The position numbers and the translations under genes are program-made. Below are positions 1 through 12,712 of a stretch of DNA of 64,000 nt, piece by piece. Position 1 is the first letter of the stretch. Every line of letters begins with the position of its first letter. The notes beneath the pieces are model-generated. The model did no database searches. It saw only the letters and a list, made by a program, of their open reading frames with translations, and was not told where the DNA came from. This stretch comes from Psammoneis japonica (lineage: Eukaryota): contig QPGO01000016.1 in NCBI GenBank assembly GCA_008632985.1, forward strand, positions 468,840 through 532,839, in the 5' to 3' direction.

Positions 1-454
1 ATCCACGTGACGTGGAATCTGTCAACCGATCTGTCCGGAAGCCACTTGCGGAAATTTTTGCATAAGTACTCTTAAGCAGTGCAACATTGAACTGTATGTG
101 CAAAACATATCAACATTTAAAGAAAGGACGGCGTTCTGCAGAGAGAAAAAGGGCCTAAATAAGATGCTTTAAGATTCTTGCGAAAGCCGACTTTTTAAAC
201 ATTGCGGGCTAAAAGTTGATTAGATAAAACCTAAAGCCCAGAATTGTCTGCTAGTCATTCCTTACACAGTCCCGTAAGTACAACATTATACAGTGACTCA
301 TTCTACGAATACCAACAAAAAGAAGATCCCCTAAGTGATCAGTATATCCGAACTTTAGAAGTTACGACTCCAAATAAACCCGAAGCATAGAGTTCATATT
401 ATGATATTACAGTATATTCACTGATTCCCTATTCTCAATTCCTGCTGACGTGGG

Positions 455-657
455 TGTAGGCCTTTGGATATAGCGGGGCGATTTTAGGAAAAAAGACGGA
501 CCCCCGTGGCGGGGCCCCGCACTACGCGATACTGCGCGTGAAGGAGGTACTGCTTGGGCCATGGGTGTACATACTGCGTGCTACGTAGAGTCTACGTGGC
601 ACGATCACAGGAAAATTGCGGGGCCCCCCCGCGCCCCACTATATCCAAAGCCCTACA
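455..657. mobile_element. MITE-like element with 26-bp terminal inverted repeats
   Basis: 455-480 TGTAGGCCTTTGGATATAGCGGGGCG vs reverse complement of 632-657 TGTAGGGCTTTGGATATAGTGGGGCG (2 mismatches); ~200 bp, non-coding; TA at both inner ends. Confidence 0.65.
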
Positions 658-977
658 GTACGGTACGTGGGTGCCTGACGCAGTCTCAAGTGACGGGTGA
701 AGGACAGCCCGCATATGACAAACACACCTACCTACCTCTAGTAGAGGGACCTACTTGCCTACGGTACTGTATCTATCTATCGCGCGTGTCGCGCACGCGC
801 GCGAGTTGGGCAAGCAGTATGGTAGTAGGGCCCTAAGTACCATAGAGCAGGATCTTCTTGGAGATCGCGACATAAGATCTGGTTTTTTCTTTTTTGTTGA
901 TGCTCAGCTTCTCCAGCTTGTTGCGCTCAGCTTCCAGGCAGCAACAACAATCCTATCTCCAACACACGACAAAGATT

Positions 978-1869
978 ATGAATTCCTTTCTCTTAGCCTG
1001 CGCCTTCTTGGTCTCCAGTAGCCAGGCATTTGCGCCACCGTCCCCTTTTTTCGCACGCCATGTGGAAACTTCCTTTGCAGGCAATCTGCAACAACCACCA
1101 CGTCAGGCGACAGAGTTGAACATGATTGGTGGCATGTTTCAGGGTTTGTTTGGTCAGAAATCCGCCGAAATTACTGATACGGTTTACTTTGATGTAAGCA
1201 TTGGGGGGGAACCCGCGGGACGGGTTGAAATGGGTCTCTACGGCGAGGTTGTTCCAAAAACGGCTGAGAACTTTAAGCAACTCTGCACCGGGGAACCGGG
1301 CTTTGGATACAAGGGTTCCATCTTTCATCGCGTTATACCCGGATTTATGTGCCAGGTACGTGTGTTGGGATGTATTTGTTAAGCTTGTTGTACTATGGTT
1401 GCTAACTATTTTTCTGTTTTGGCAGGGCGGGGATTTTACCAGCTTCAATGGCACAGGAGGGAAATCAATTTACGGTCGCACCTTTCCTGACGAGAACTTT
1501 GAGATTGTTCATGGAGGTCCTGGAACTTTGAGCATGGCGAACGCAGGTCCCGATACGAATGGTATGTGATTGTCGTCCTGAAGTCCCAGTAGTCGCGAAG
1601 TACCAATGGTTGTACGATCGAGCTCGTTTCTTTGTGCTACCTTGGAATGAAAGTCGTTGTAAAACTCAGACAGCATTTTGTCCCATGATTTGCCACCAGG
1701 ATGGCAGTTCTTCATCTGCACAGAAGAAACTCCGTGGCTAAACGGAAAGCACACGGTGTTTGGCAAGGTCACAAAAGGATTGGATATCGTTCGCAAGATT
1801 GAAGGCGTTGGATCTCAGAGTGGAGCTCCGCGAGAAGAGGTGAAAATTACCGACTGTGGTGCCTTGTAA
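978..1869 (+). CDS. Cyclophilin-type peptidyl-prolyl isomerase, plastid-targeted; introns 1356-1425 and 1562-1699
   Basis: Motifs [65 protein letters not shown] introns restore frame; signal peptide ending SQA-FAP. Confidence 0.95.
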
Positions 1870-2206
1870 GAAGAATGCTCTTTCAATTGTGCTACCATGA
1901 TACGCTAGAATTTCTCCAAGTTGCGGGATTCACTCCGATATGTGTGAGCTAACTTCATTCTGCTAATAAGTTATAAACGCACTTTAAGCAAGCAAAATCA
2001 TTAGATGGACGACGTATGCTATGTTTAGCACTAGCGATGTTGGACCTTGAAAGCAATACCAAGTCTGCTTCAGGTGTGACAACAGGTAGTATTCGCACAT
2101 GATGTTTATCGTTACAAGCGTAAATCGCCGAACGAGATTCTGACTCCAACGCCGTTCATATCAGGCCTTACGGTGGAGGAAAACACGTCTGTCGGTGAGC
2201 ATGGCT

Positions 2207-2860
2207 TTACTCCTCCTTTTTGCTGCTCTTCTTGCGTTTCTTTTTCTTCTTCTTATCGGAGCTTTTCTTTCTCTTCTTGTTGTTCTTTGTATCAGCTTCT
2301 TCACCACTGCTTGTATTCCCGCTTTTACTTTCGTCGGATTCTAACGTTGTCAGAATTGTTTTAGCTTCTCCTCGGCCATTCCATTCCAATCGAGCCTTGG
2401 CCTCTTCCTCGTCATTATCAGTCACGTTGGATTCGGTTCTTGCCCATTTACCCGTCGCACGACGTTGAGCCCTCATTCCAAATCGCGCACCACCCGTCGC
2501 TTCAAACAATTCTTCATCGGTATAGTGCCTTTTTTTCGAGTTCTTCTTGCTCTTCTTCTTACCCTTGGAAAGCTTTGCCAGTGTATCACCCATGCTGTGT
2601 TTCCACCACGATGCTTCGTGTTTTATATCCTCTATTTGTTGCTGCCCATGACCCAATCCCACATTGTCTTCTCGTCGTTTGACTTTAATATGAGAAGAAC
2701 GACCCTGGCGTTTCTTTCCCAATCCTTCACCCTCGGTCCATCCCATGAGCTTGAGTTGCCGCTGCGCAAAGTCACTGGTTGGTGCAGAGACTTGCTCATT
2801 CAGCGATGCTCCCAACTTTGCTCGCAGTTTCGAGCCTGCCAAGGATGTTGCGTAAGCCAT
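2207..2860 (-). CDS. G-patch domain protein (PINX1/GPATCH4-like) with Lys-rich C-terminus
   Basis: FAQRQLKLMGWTEGEGLGKKRQG...GLG G-patch; TDEELFEATGG motif; KKK-rich tail. Confidence 0.9.
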   Translation of the reverse strand: MAYATSLAGSKLRAKLGASLNEQVSAPTSDFAQRQLKLMGWTEGEGLGKKRQGRSSHIKVKRREDNVGLGHGQQQIEDIKHEASWWKHSMGDTLAKLSKGKKKSKKNSKKRHYTDEELFEATGGARFGMRAQRRATGKWARTESNVTDNDEEEAKARLEWNGRGEAKTILTTLESDESKSGNTSSGEEADTKNNKKRKKSSDKKKKKKRKKSSKKEE

Positions 2861-3871
2861 GGTTACTTTTCTAAAAAGGGATCAATATTGGGGTTTCTAT
2901 CAGTGATAACAGGAGGCGTGTCGTCGCTTCTGTTGCGATTGTTCTTTCAAAAGAATACACGGTAGCAGCAACAGGAAGTGAGCGCAGTGACTGATGAACG
3001 AAACCTAGTAGTAGGGCCCTACCACGACGAGAAACGAGAAGAATCGAATCGCGAATCGCGACCCAAAATGTGAACGTGTGGCTGTCGCAGCGGTTTCTCA
3101 ACCAGCACTGAAGTTGCGTAGAATTCCACAACGGCACAATACTGCATCATACGGTACAGTACATAGCATGCATGCTTGGCTAGAGTAGAGTAGAGAGCTC
3201 TCGAGAGTAGAGATACAGTAGTAGATATCGCTCTCTACTACTCTCTCTAGAGTAGAGAGCTAGTAGCAGTAGCTACGGTATGCTCTATTCTAGCTAGAAG
3301 TAGTACAAAAACCGGTATGCTAGCCCTACCAGAGCTATATTATTGCCGCTGGTAGCTCGGATCGCTGTCACACTCGAGCCACAGTTAGGGTTTTCGAGAT
3401 TCAAGTGTGCTTTTCAGGAAGTTGAAGCAAAAAATGCAAATGAACAATGAAGTTGTGAACCAAGTGAATTGTAAAAGTTTTAGTCGGGGTCGTAGGCTGT
3501 TGTTGTAGAAGTTGCGTTTAAAGGGACCGCTAATGCTAACCTAACATGCCCGGATCCGGCGCCTGAGATGAACGTTTTCTTCAAAATCAACTTTTTAGCC
3601 ATACAGATCGACGTATGTGCAGTAGCTCAGCGCGTCATTAGATTCGAAGAAGGCCTTGGGATATGTATGTATCTGCAACATGCAGAGTTCTCCCGAAAAA
3701 ACGAGTCAGAGTCGCACTGGAAAGTCATCAACATTTATTTTATGCTATAGATTATTGGCTCGTCCTTGGTTGCTGTTGATGGTGTATGCAGAAAATCACC
3801 TACGTTGATGCTCGTTGTGATTTTGATTGGGCGTGACTAGCAATGTCGCAGCTATGATTCTTCGTACGTTC

Positions 3872-4258
3872 TTACTTTTCCCAAAACTTGAAACCAAAGT
3901 AAAAGATTGTAGCCAAAAAGGGTGCCACAAAGCCTCCACCCCAAAATATTGCATTAAACGTGTTTTTCTTGGCTTGAATCTCTTCTGGCGTGGGTGGACG
4001 ACGCTCCTGCAAGCTTAGCGTTTGAGTCGATGAAGACAGGTAATTCTCAATGCCGTTTTGCATTGGTACGGAGCTTGACGTGATGGCAGTAGTAGCAGTC
4101 GTTACTTGCTGATTTACAACAAGAGCCGGAGGAGGAGCGACTGGTGGTGTTACAGCCATGGAAAGAGCCATTGTACTGCGTGCTGACTTGAGTGCCAATG
4201 GCGTAAAGCCAGACGTCACTGCGAGTGTCAGGAATAGGACCAATAGAGACCGAAACAT
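3872..4258 (-). CDS. Small probably plastid-targeted membrane protein of unknown function
   Basis: Signal peptide ending TSG-FTP, Ser/Thr-rich transit-like region, C-terminal hydrophobic helix FWGGGFVAPFLATIFYFGF. Confidence 0.8.
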   Translation of the reverse strand: MFRSLLVLFLTLAVTSGFTPLALKSARSTMALSMAVTPPVAPPPALVVNQQVTTATTAITSSSVPMQNGIENYLSSSTQTLSLQERRPPTPEEIQAKKNTFNAIFWGGGFVAPFLATIFYFGFKFWEK

Positions 4259-4603
4259 GGTTGCGTAAAGGTAATTTCAACAGCAACGGGATCAAGGAAG
4301 GAGTGGTATTGACCGTTTCTTTTATCTATGTAGTTTCACCGATGAAATCACCGCCTCTATGATGTTGATATCAATGCCGTCACTCACCGAGTTGGACTCG
4401 ATCGTCGTGTCAACAAAGAAGGTGGGATGACACAGCAACAACAACTCCCTCCAACAACCTACACGATTTCTACGTAGTTTACGTACTGGAGGGTATCTTT
4501 CCACTTCAGCCAGCTAAGCCAGGAACTGGAATCAGGAATCTGGAAAGTCTTGTTTACTGTGAGTTCCTTGTCTCCGTGTTCAAAGTTTTTGTGCCGTAGT
4601 CTA

Positions 4604-6204
4604 CAGTGCTGTTTGATGCGAGCGACAAATGTCCACGAGGAAACCCCGTGTCATTTGGCTGGTGCAGAAATGGATCATGCATGATGGGCTTTCGGCTTTC
4701 CATCATGCTTTTGTCGTGCTTTCAATTTTCACAGTTCACGAAGCAGCGCACTCTCACCACCCCCCATTTGGCAGGCTGAAAGTGTTTGCTTGTGTGCAAA
4801 ACAACCCGATGCAACAACTCTGTGTCATCGTCTCACGAGAGAGAGGGGCATGACAAGGCAGGCTTTGCCACTGTCCTCATTTTCTTCCATGCACAGTGTT
4901 GCAGTGCCAGAGAAAGGGCATGTGCAGCACTTTTTGGGGGGCGGTTGTTGAGAGTGAAACGTTTTTCTCACAGGGGAGATCACACGTGTTTTTGGGGCAC
5001 CGAGTGAAAATGGCATCACACAGTTGGCGCTGACAAAAAAAGTTTTTTGGTGATGGGTGGTGCCTGCGAAAAATGAATCCTCCTTTCTCTCACTTCAAAA
5101 AAGAGTGACAAGGTCATTTTTTGAAGCTCAGCCACCAGCCAACACCGCCAGCGGTGCAAGCAAAGAGCCGCACATTTGTCAGCAGCCTCAGTGCTGAGAA
5201 AGAAAGATGGCCCTCCATTGACAAACAAAGGGGCTCTTTTGACAACTCAACTTCTGGGCAAAAAGCCATGCTGCCACAAAAAGAAAGGAAAGAGAAAATG
5301 AAGAACACAAGAATCCTGGAAACGTTGAGCACTCAGACTGCCAGCTTTTTTGCAAAACAAATTTTGAGCACTCATGTTGCAGAGGATTCATTTGAAAAGA
5401 GACAAGCGGGTGGTGCACAAGGATGTGTCAGATCTCAGCCCTGGCCACTGCATTGCCCATGACGTTTGAGGATGGGGTGCCTTGCAAAGATTTCTTCACA
5501 GATTTTGATGATGGCCTTTCAAGTGGGCCTTCTTGCAGCGTTGACATGCTTCTTGAGCAAGGGGAAAAGCAAGACGTGTCAGTCACCTCCACTCCCCAGG
5601 AGCACAGCAGCGCACTCCAGTGGCACAATGCTGCACAACTCTGTGTTTTCTTCTGCAATGGCATTGAAGGAAAGCGGCATCAGGAGGTTGGTGCACTCCT
5701 CCTGGTTCTCTGGTTTGTTGTGTGCCAAATGCAACAAGTTGTGTGCTTCTGACATTTTTGACTGGAAGGCACAAAAGATGGTGAAAAAGGCACAGAGCAC
5801 TCCCAAAAAGACTGATCAAAGGATCTGCTCAGCTGAAAGAGCAACAAAAAGCTGCGCTTGAAGAACAAGAGCTTTGCAACAAAGTTGTGCCTGCTGCGCA
5901 CTGCCAGGCTCTCCAAAAAAGAAAGTTTTGAAGGAGAAGCTGGATCACACTCACCCTTTCAATTGCCAGGCTTTGGGTGATTTGACCAACATCAATTGGG
6001 AAGCTGTCACCAAGGTGCACCTCTGCCTGTGAGCAACAAAGATGTGATGAGTTGGAAAGTGAGAAAAGAAGCAGAGTGGAGAAAGAAGGAGGTGGGGAGG
6101 CAGAGAGCGGCTGTGGCAGGCTGCTGAGACCCCCAATTTGCAAAGAGATGAGGGCCACATCATGTGTCAGCAGACAATGACACAGCATGGAACAGGACTC
6201 TCTC
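4604..6204. mobile_element. Decayed unclassified repeat/transposon-like block, TpA-free
   Basis: No TA dinucleotide found by eye in 1.6 kb; CA/TG-rich; broken Tyr-free ORFs; same signature as the copia relic. Element class not recognised. Confidence 0.55.
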
Positions 6205-6514
6205 TAGAGCAACGACATGATCGTTTGTTGTCATGCTGCTGCAGCAGCGCCGCTGCTTCCATTATTTTGTGATTTGCTTTCGCTGCGCTGTCGATGTTGC
6301 CCAGTTGGGCCACCGTGAGAATCCGCGGGTGATGATCGATGATTGTTTTCACGAACCATTGCGGCGGTTGGATTAGTCTTTGTGGGACACACTTTGAAGC
6401 CGTTTATGGCTGCGACTGATCATTTCTATCCTTGCTATTGGACATCTCATCCCACTTTGTGCAGCTGGTTCGGCAAACTTACAGCGTGTTGAGAAGCAGA
6501 ACATACCTTATACA

Positions 6515-8109
6515 ATGTCGCATGAAAATGCCAATACACTGTGTCTCTATGACGACACGATTGGTTTGGAGTGCCTAAGGGAAAAGCACGAGACACTTGC
6601 ATGGAAATTCGAAGAGAATATTGAATCGCGACTGGACGACAAGGTCAAGGACGCACCCATGGTCCACATTCATGATCGTCGTGATGCGCAGTGGCTTCAT
6701 TGCCGCAAACCTGCCCTTCCTCCACAAACCATTCTGGGGGTCTGGGAAGAATTGAGTGACCCCAATCAAGACGAAGAAGAAGAAGAAGTTTCGCCAATTG
6801 ACAGTCCTTCTTTAGTTCTTGATATCTATCAGAGCTCCGTCAGTGAATCAAATGGCAATCACAAAAGGTGTACTTGTGTGGCACCGCATTCTGAATGGAC
6901 CCGACAGCAGCTATTACCTTCCTACAAAGACGACTGTAAGGACACTTTTCATATCAAGTGGGTAGACATTCGCTCATGGCAAAAACATCAGGGAAAAGAG
7001 AAAATTCGCTCGAGACCCCAGCCAGCCTCTGCCACTTTACCAGGTCGCTGCTGAATTGCTCGCACTCTGCGTCTCCGTGGGCCGAATCCTCCGCAGAACA
7101 GCAAGATCCCGACGTTGTGGCGCTCGTCATAATGCGTCGATATCCTCAGCACTGACAACGTTTCGTATTGGAGACGCTTCACCGTCCTATTTTTTGCATT
7201 CTACAAGCCAATTGGCACTCGTTCCAAATAATGTCAATTGGATGCTGTCTGAGAATGATGCACCGGCACAGAAGGCGTGGATACAGAAGAGGCGATGCTG
7301 TTGGTTTTTCGTCGTATCCTCCTCGAGATCACTTGTCAGTACAACATCCCCTCGACAAGGAATCGTTTCAGAGAAGCAGTCAAGATGCTGTTGTCCCGCA
7401 CGGATGTCTGTGGGAGACCTATCAAGTAAAGGTCGAGGGTGTCGACGATGAAGAAAGAGCGAGAAACATTTTACCGCTTGTTGGGACCACCGTACATTTC
7501 GCATCATCAAGATTATCCCAGACTGCTCGAGCCACTCCTCGCCAAGGCTAACTTTGAAGCCATTCGTTCGGAAGCCATGTCTATTCCTCAGTGGACGGCA
7601 TGGCCTGAAAAGGTCCATTACGCGTCGGAAGATGGACCGGCCACGTGGACCGTGTTTCCCCTATGCCATTGCTTTCCTGCAGATATTGTCCAGAATCGAA
7701 AGTGGATCGAAAGTACGTGTGCCTTTGTACCAAAAACTACAGCTTTGTTGAAGAACGTCCTTGGTACAACCTTGCGGACAGCTCTTTTTCACGCTTGAAT
7801 CCACAAGCAACCTTGGAGCCTCACACTGGTTGGAAAGACTTGGCCAACCACGTCTATCGAGTCCACTTGCCCTTGGTGGTACCACCAGGTGGATTATGTG
7901 GGACTTGGGTTGATGGGTGCGTCGAAACGCATGAGGAGCGGCGCCTTGTTTGCTTTGACGATGCCAAGGTTCATCGTGCCTTCAACTACTCCTCACAAGA
8001 TCGTGTTGTGCTGATTCTGGACTTGGCAAGACCGGAAACCCTACCGGCAGGAACTGCCACGGGTGGCCATACCGATGAATTGGATAGGTTTATTCAACAG
8101 CTGACGTAA
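6515..8109 (+). CDS. Aspartyl/asparaginyl beta-hydroxylase-domain (2OG-Fe(II) dioxygenase) protein, with several frameshifts
   Basis: C-terminal WTVFPLCHCFP...ALFSRLNPQATLEPHTGW..L..HVYRVHLPLVVP...FDDAKVHRAFNYS..DRVVLILDL; reading frame switches near 7030-7470 and 7790. Confidence 0.8.
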
Positions 8110-8204
8110 TTTAGAAGTCCTTAGAATGAAGTGCAAGGCGCATAGAAAGAAGACACAGTTAAAATTCAGGATTTTTATACCTCTGCTGCTACTTCCGTTC
8201 TCTG

Positions 8205-9650
8205 CTACACATGTGGGGGGACCAGCACTTTGTGTTTTATGCCCTGACTAGATGAAAAGACCAAATTGTGTCAAACACGTGGATCGTGCAGGAGAAACTC
8301 CATTGCCAATTGAGTGTCAAATGCGCCATTGAGTTGACTCATGCCTCCAATTTTGGCAAAGGCAACATCATAATTATGAACAAGATCATGAAAAGCATGG
8401 AATCTCACAGTGACTCAATGTGCACTTCAGAAAGGCACAAACAAACATTGGGTCCCAGTTTGACACAATCAGACACATGTGCGCAAGTCAGCTTCCATGC
8501 TTGAACAAGTCTGCTCAAAGTCTTGGATCACATTTGTGAAGAGATGAAGTTTTTGCAGTCAAAGGAACACCTGACACCACCTCACAAGAACAACCACCAA
8601 AAAACAGTGCCACACACAGATGTGAGGCCCCATCTGGCCAGTGCAGCCACCCACTCCTGCATTTGATTTGGGTCACTTGGCTGTTTGAGGCACCAGCCCA
8701 CAGCCGCACAACTTGGTTTGAGAGACAAGCTCTTCAGCACAGAGATTGGCTGTGCAGGGTGGGGTGCACCTCTTCTTGGAGAAAAAGTGAAGAACAAGGA
8801 GAAGAGAGCAAGCTTGAACAGCCCTGAGCTGAGCTGTGTGCAACTCTCTCAAACAACAGCCTGCGCCAAGTGCAGCTGATGGTGTGCTGCTGTTTTGTTT
8901 TGCTCCCCTTGTTTCACTTGTGAGTGGCGCACTGAGATTGCCAGTCATCTCAAAATCTTGAAATTTTGGTGGCTGCAAATCATGGTGGTGGGTGTCTGCA
9001 ATGTGCTGCCAGGTGCTGATTCACACCACAGAGGCAGCAACAGCATGCTCGCATGGCCTCATTCAGTGTGGCAGCTCTGAGAGCGGCTCACCTGCAGCGC
9101 ATTTGCAAGCTTGGGGCCCAGGGGGGAGTGGGGGACAGTTTGTTCTGCCTAGAGAGATGGGTTATGAGCTGCCACTGGTGCAGTGCTAAGCAGTGCACCA
9201 GCTTGTTGAAAGAGCGGAGGCGGTGGCGGACTGCGCGCTTGCTGGTGTGGACGACTCACCTGGCGATGTGGGCAGTGTTGGCAACGGCAAGTCATCTGTG
9301 CTCTGGTCATGTGGCAAGGAAAGTGGGCTGCAGAGCAAGATCACCAAAAACTGCCCCCAGCTTTTTTGTCTGGGAAATTTTCCCATTTTGTTGCAAAGCC
9401 CTCCAAGGCTCGTGAGCCAGCTCACACTTGCTTGTGGTCAGAGCGCTGCCCCCCCCCAACAAGTTTGCTGCAGCAGAAAACACAAGCACCCCCTCACAAA
9501 GCAGCATGTGCTTTGCTCTTTTGGCAGAGGTGTGTTTTCAAATTGTCTGGTCAAAATTCTTTTTGTGCGTCACAACTGATTCAAGTGCACTGCATGCAAT
9601 CATCAAAATAAATCTTTGTGCTGACACGTCGTCAGTCGTCAGTCTGCACC
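8205..9650. mobile_element. Decayed unclassified repeat/transposon-like block, TpA/CpG-depleted
   Basis: Only a handful of TA and CG in 1.45 kb, CA/TG excess, no coherent ORF. Confidence 0.5.
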
Positions 9651-9888
9651 CTTGAAGATGTCTTCGAACCAATGACCCAAGTCCAACCACGAGACATTTT
9701 CGTTTATTAAAATATCTTCATTAACAAAGCTTTTAGTTATTATTGAAGACTGAATTTAGAGTGCCCCTCACAAAGTTTTTTGTCTTTCTGGTCGTGAAAT
9801 CCACGAGCATCTGCGACGTGTAAGTAACAAACGACAATTCTGCACATCTCTCCCTTTTCAATAAGAGAGTGGCAAAGTGTGAAGAAGG

Positions 9889-12712
9889 ATGAAGTCCGTG
9901 CTGCTCGATCACGTGTGCCATGGAGCACTGTTTTCTCTCTTCTTCATTGGCAGTCTAGATCTTGTCGTCGAGGCGGGGAACTTGCGCCACGCTGGCCCAA
10001 GTGCCACTGTGAAAGATGAGGATTCTCGACGCAACTTGGTGGAGGGGCGATCTCCACTGTGGGATACCGACGGTGAACCATGGGTTTCCAGCAGTGGCGG
10101 CTCCACTTTGCTTGGCAACTTCACTGATGTTGGTTACATGTCTGGAAATGTGCCCATCCCAAGTGCACAAGATTGGCCTATTGGTGTCTACATTACCGAC
10201 TTTGGGGCTATTGCCGATGACTTGCTCTCGGATGCCCAGGCCTTGCGAGATGCCGTGGCGGCTTGTCCCGATAACATGCCGTTTTCATTCCCAATGGACG
10301 TTATATTATCGACGAAGCCATTGTGTTTGACTCGACATTCAACAACTTTGTCATTCGAGGAGAAAGCCGTGATGGAGCAATTCTTTACTTCCCCAAGCAC
10401 ATGCACGAGATTGAACAAGTAGCCGAGTCCAGCACCTATTTCATTTCTTTCGAAGACGGTACCAACCGCGGTATGGAGGACTTGTCTTTGGTACTTCGTG
10501 ACGAGACAAAGGCCACTGGCTACTTTTAGGTGAGACATATGTTTACTTTTAGCTTGAGCAATGATGCTTCGCTCTACAAGATCTTGTCCTCACTCGTTGA
10601 GTTTCTACTTATATCGCAGACCCATACAAGACGAAACAGATGGAACCGCATTGGTTCAATTCCGGAGAGAACATGATCAGCATTGGTAATAACACCGACA
10701 GTTGGCTCCGCAACTTGTACTTCAAGAACGCGAATACTGCCATTCGTGTGGTTGGCATTTTCACACAACGGATTTCCATTACCGACATTGTGAACGATAA
10801 ATTCATGTTTCGTACCAATGTGGGCATGGGCAAAGACGGCCATGTGGGTATTGCGAGCAATGCGAACCATGTTTTGATTCACAATGTTCTAAATACGGGT
10901 GTGATGCACCACGAACTCGATCTCAACGGCGCCAAAAACACAGTCTACTCGCGTATCTCGGGCCCGAACTTGACCCCCGACTTTCACGCTCAAGGCAATA
11001 GGTACAACTTGTACACCGAGTTTGATTTTGGAGGCGGCAAACCAGTTGGCGTGATCGTGACAACACGAACGGGGGGCGCAAGAATCTACAGTGGGAAACA
11101 TTCTGGGGTATGAAAAGCCGTGAAGACTTTAATTTCTTGGATCCTGCCGACCAGTGCGTCATGGTTGGAATTCCTAATGACGCCAACACAAACATTGGAG
11201 TTGACTACCATCACGAAGCGATTGATCCGGATGCTTTGGTACCACCAAACATTTACCTTGCTCAAATGCAGGAAACCACGGGCAAAGTGCTTCCGCCGGA
11301 CGTGACCCTGACCGTCCCAAGTAGGCCCCAAGAATACGAAGACAAAGCTGTGATTTTGCTCCCAACGAGGATGCCTACGTTGGAGTAAGATTGGCGGATC
11401 GGGACACGAACTACGGGTTTTCTGATCGGAGTCGTTGTGAGGAGGAATGCACAACAAGGCTATGTGAAATTTGACTTGAGCAAGTTGGTCGGAAGCTACG
11501 GAAAAATCTACCACGCCAAACTCAAATTGGCGGTGAAATTCTCCTCAAGGATAATTTCCGTCTCGCAATAAGGAACATGACTGATACCTCGTGGTCGGAA
11601 GCAACGTTGACCTACAATAACCGTCCGTCAAGTGACTCCGTCATTGCCGATTTGCAATTATTCAAAGCGGACATACCAGAATATAGTTACATCGACGTGG
11701 ATATCACTGAAAATGTGAACAATGTTCTTGCTGCCGGAGTTACTTCCATGTCTCTTCACTTTGAAGGAGTTGATAAAGATCGAGCCCTTGCAATCAATCC
11801 CGCGATTCTGCCAATCCAGTGCACTTGGTCGCTTATCTCGACAGGAGCTGGATCCTGTGCAGGAAGTATTGCAACAGTTTACTCCAACAGATGACGGGTA
11901 CACGGAGAAACTTGTCGCCGGGCAAAACACCACCTATGGATCTGAAACTAGGGTCCGCTGAGACAGAATCGGCACCAGGGCTTCATGAAGTTCGATCTGA
12001 CCGGTTTAGGCAGCAACATGGTGAACCCCGTCATCACCAGCGCAAAGCTTCATGCTTATACGACGATTAATTTGAAAACCGCTTTCAATCTCCTAATCAA
12101 GAACGTGACGGATAACTCTTGGAGTGAAGATACCTTGACTTTTACCAACCAACCCGATGCTTACGATCTTGTTGCCGAAACGTATTTTGACAAAACCATT
12201 CTGCCTACCTGGACCTGGACCTACATTGATCTTACTGATCACGTCCAATGCATCAACAGTCTTGGCCAGTCGGTGTTTTCACTTCACTTCTCAGGTGGAG
12301 GGCCGCCCACCCCACCAAAGATGCAGGTCTCGCCTTTAGGAGTACGGAAGATTCTCCCAATGAACCCTATTTGGAAATCTCCCTGTCTGATGATGTTCCG
12401 GCTCCGCCTTCGATCCCCACCGGCCCCGATCAGCTGACCGGTCTACAAGCAACTGCCGGAACAAGCAGCGTGACTCTAGACTGGAATGTCGGAGTTGCTG
12501 CATTGGCCCCCATCACCTACAATGTATACAGATACGATACCTCGGGATACGTCGTCAAGGCAATGGGTCTAATTACACCCACCTACACAGACTACCGAGT
12601 GGCCACAGACAGCAACAATGTAGTGTTCCCACTGACATATGTGGTGACAGCTGTGGATGTTGCTGGCGACGAATCCATTTTCAGTGAAAATGTGACTGTG
12701 TCGCTTTTGTAG
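9889..12712 (+). CDS. Secreted pectin-lyase-fold (beta-helix) protein with two DNRLRE/CBM96-like domains and a C-terminal FN3-like domain; multiply frameshifted (pseudogene or assembly errors); intron ~10530-10619
   Basis: ITDFGAIADD...AL..AV...VFIPNGRY, VIRGESRDGAILYF; EDAYV..TNYG, YVKFDLS, SWSEATLTYNNRP and second copy MKFDLTG, SWSEDTLTFTNQP; VTLDW..YNVYR..YVVTAVDVAGDES. Confidence 0.75.

Noticed and set aside
3385..3393. Telomere-like TTAGGGTTT (telo-box)
   Set aside because: Single 9-mer, expected by chance
4604..6204. Alternative genetic code or contaminant contig
   Set aside because: Blocks are interleaved with normal genes, one shares duplicated host sequence at its edge and another contains a recognisable copia relic
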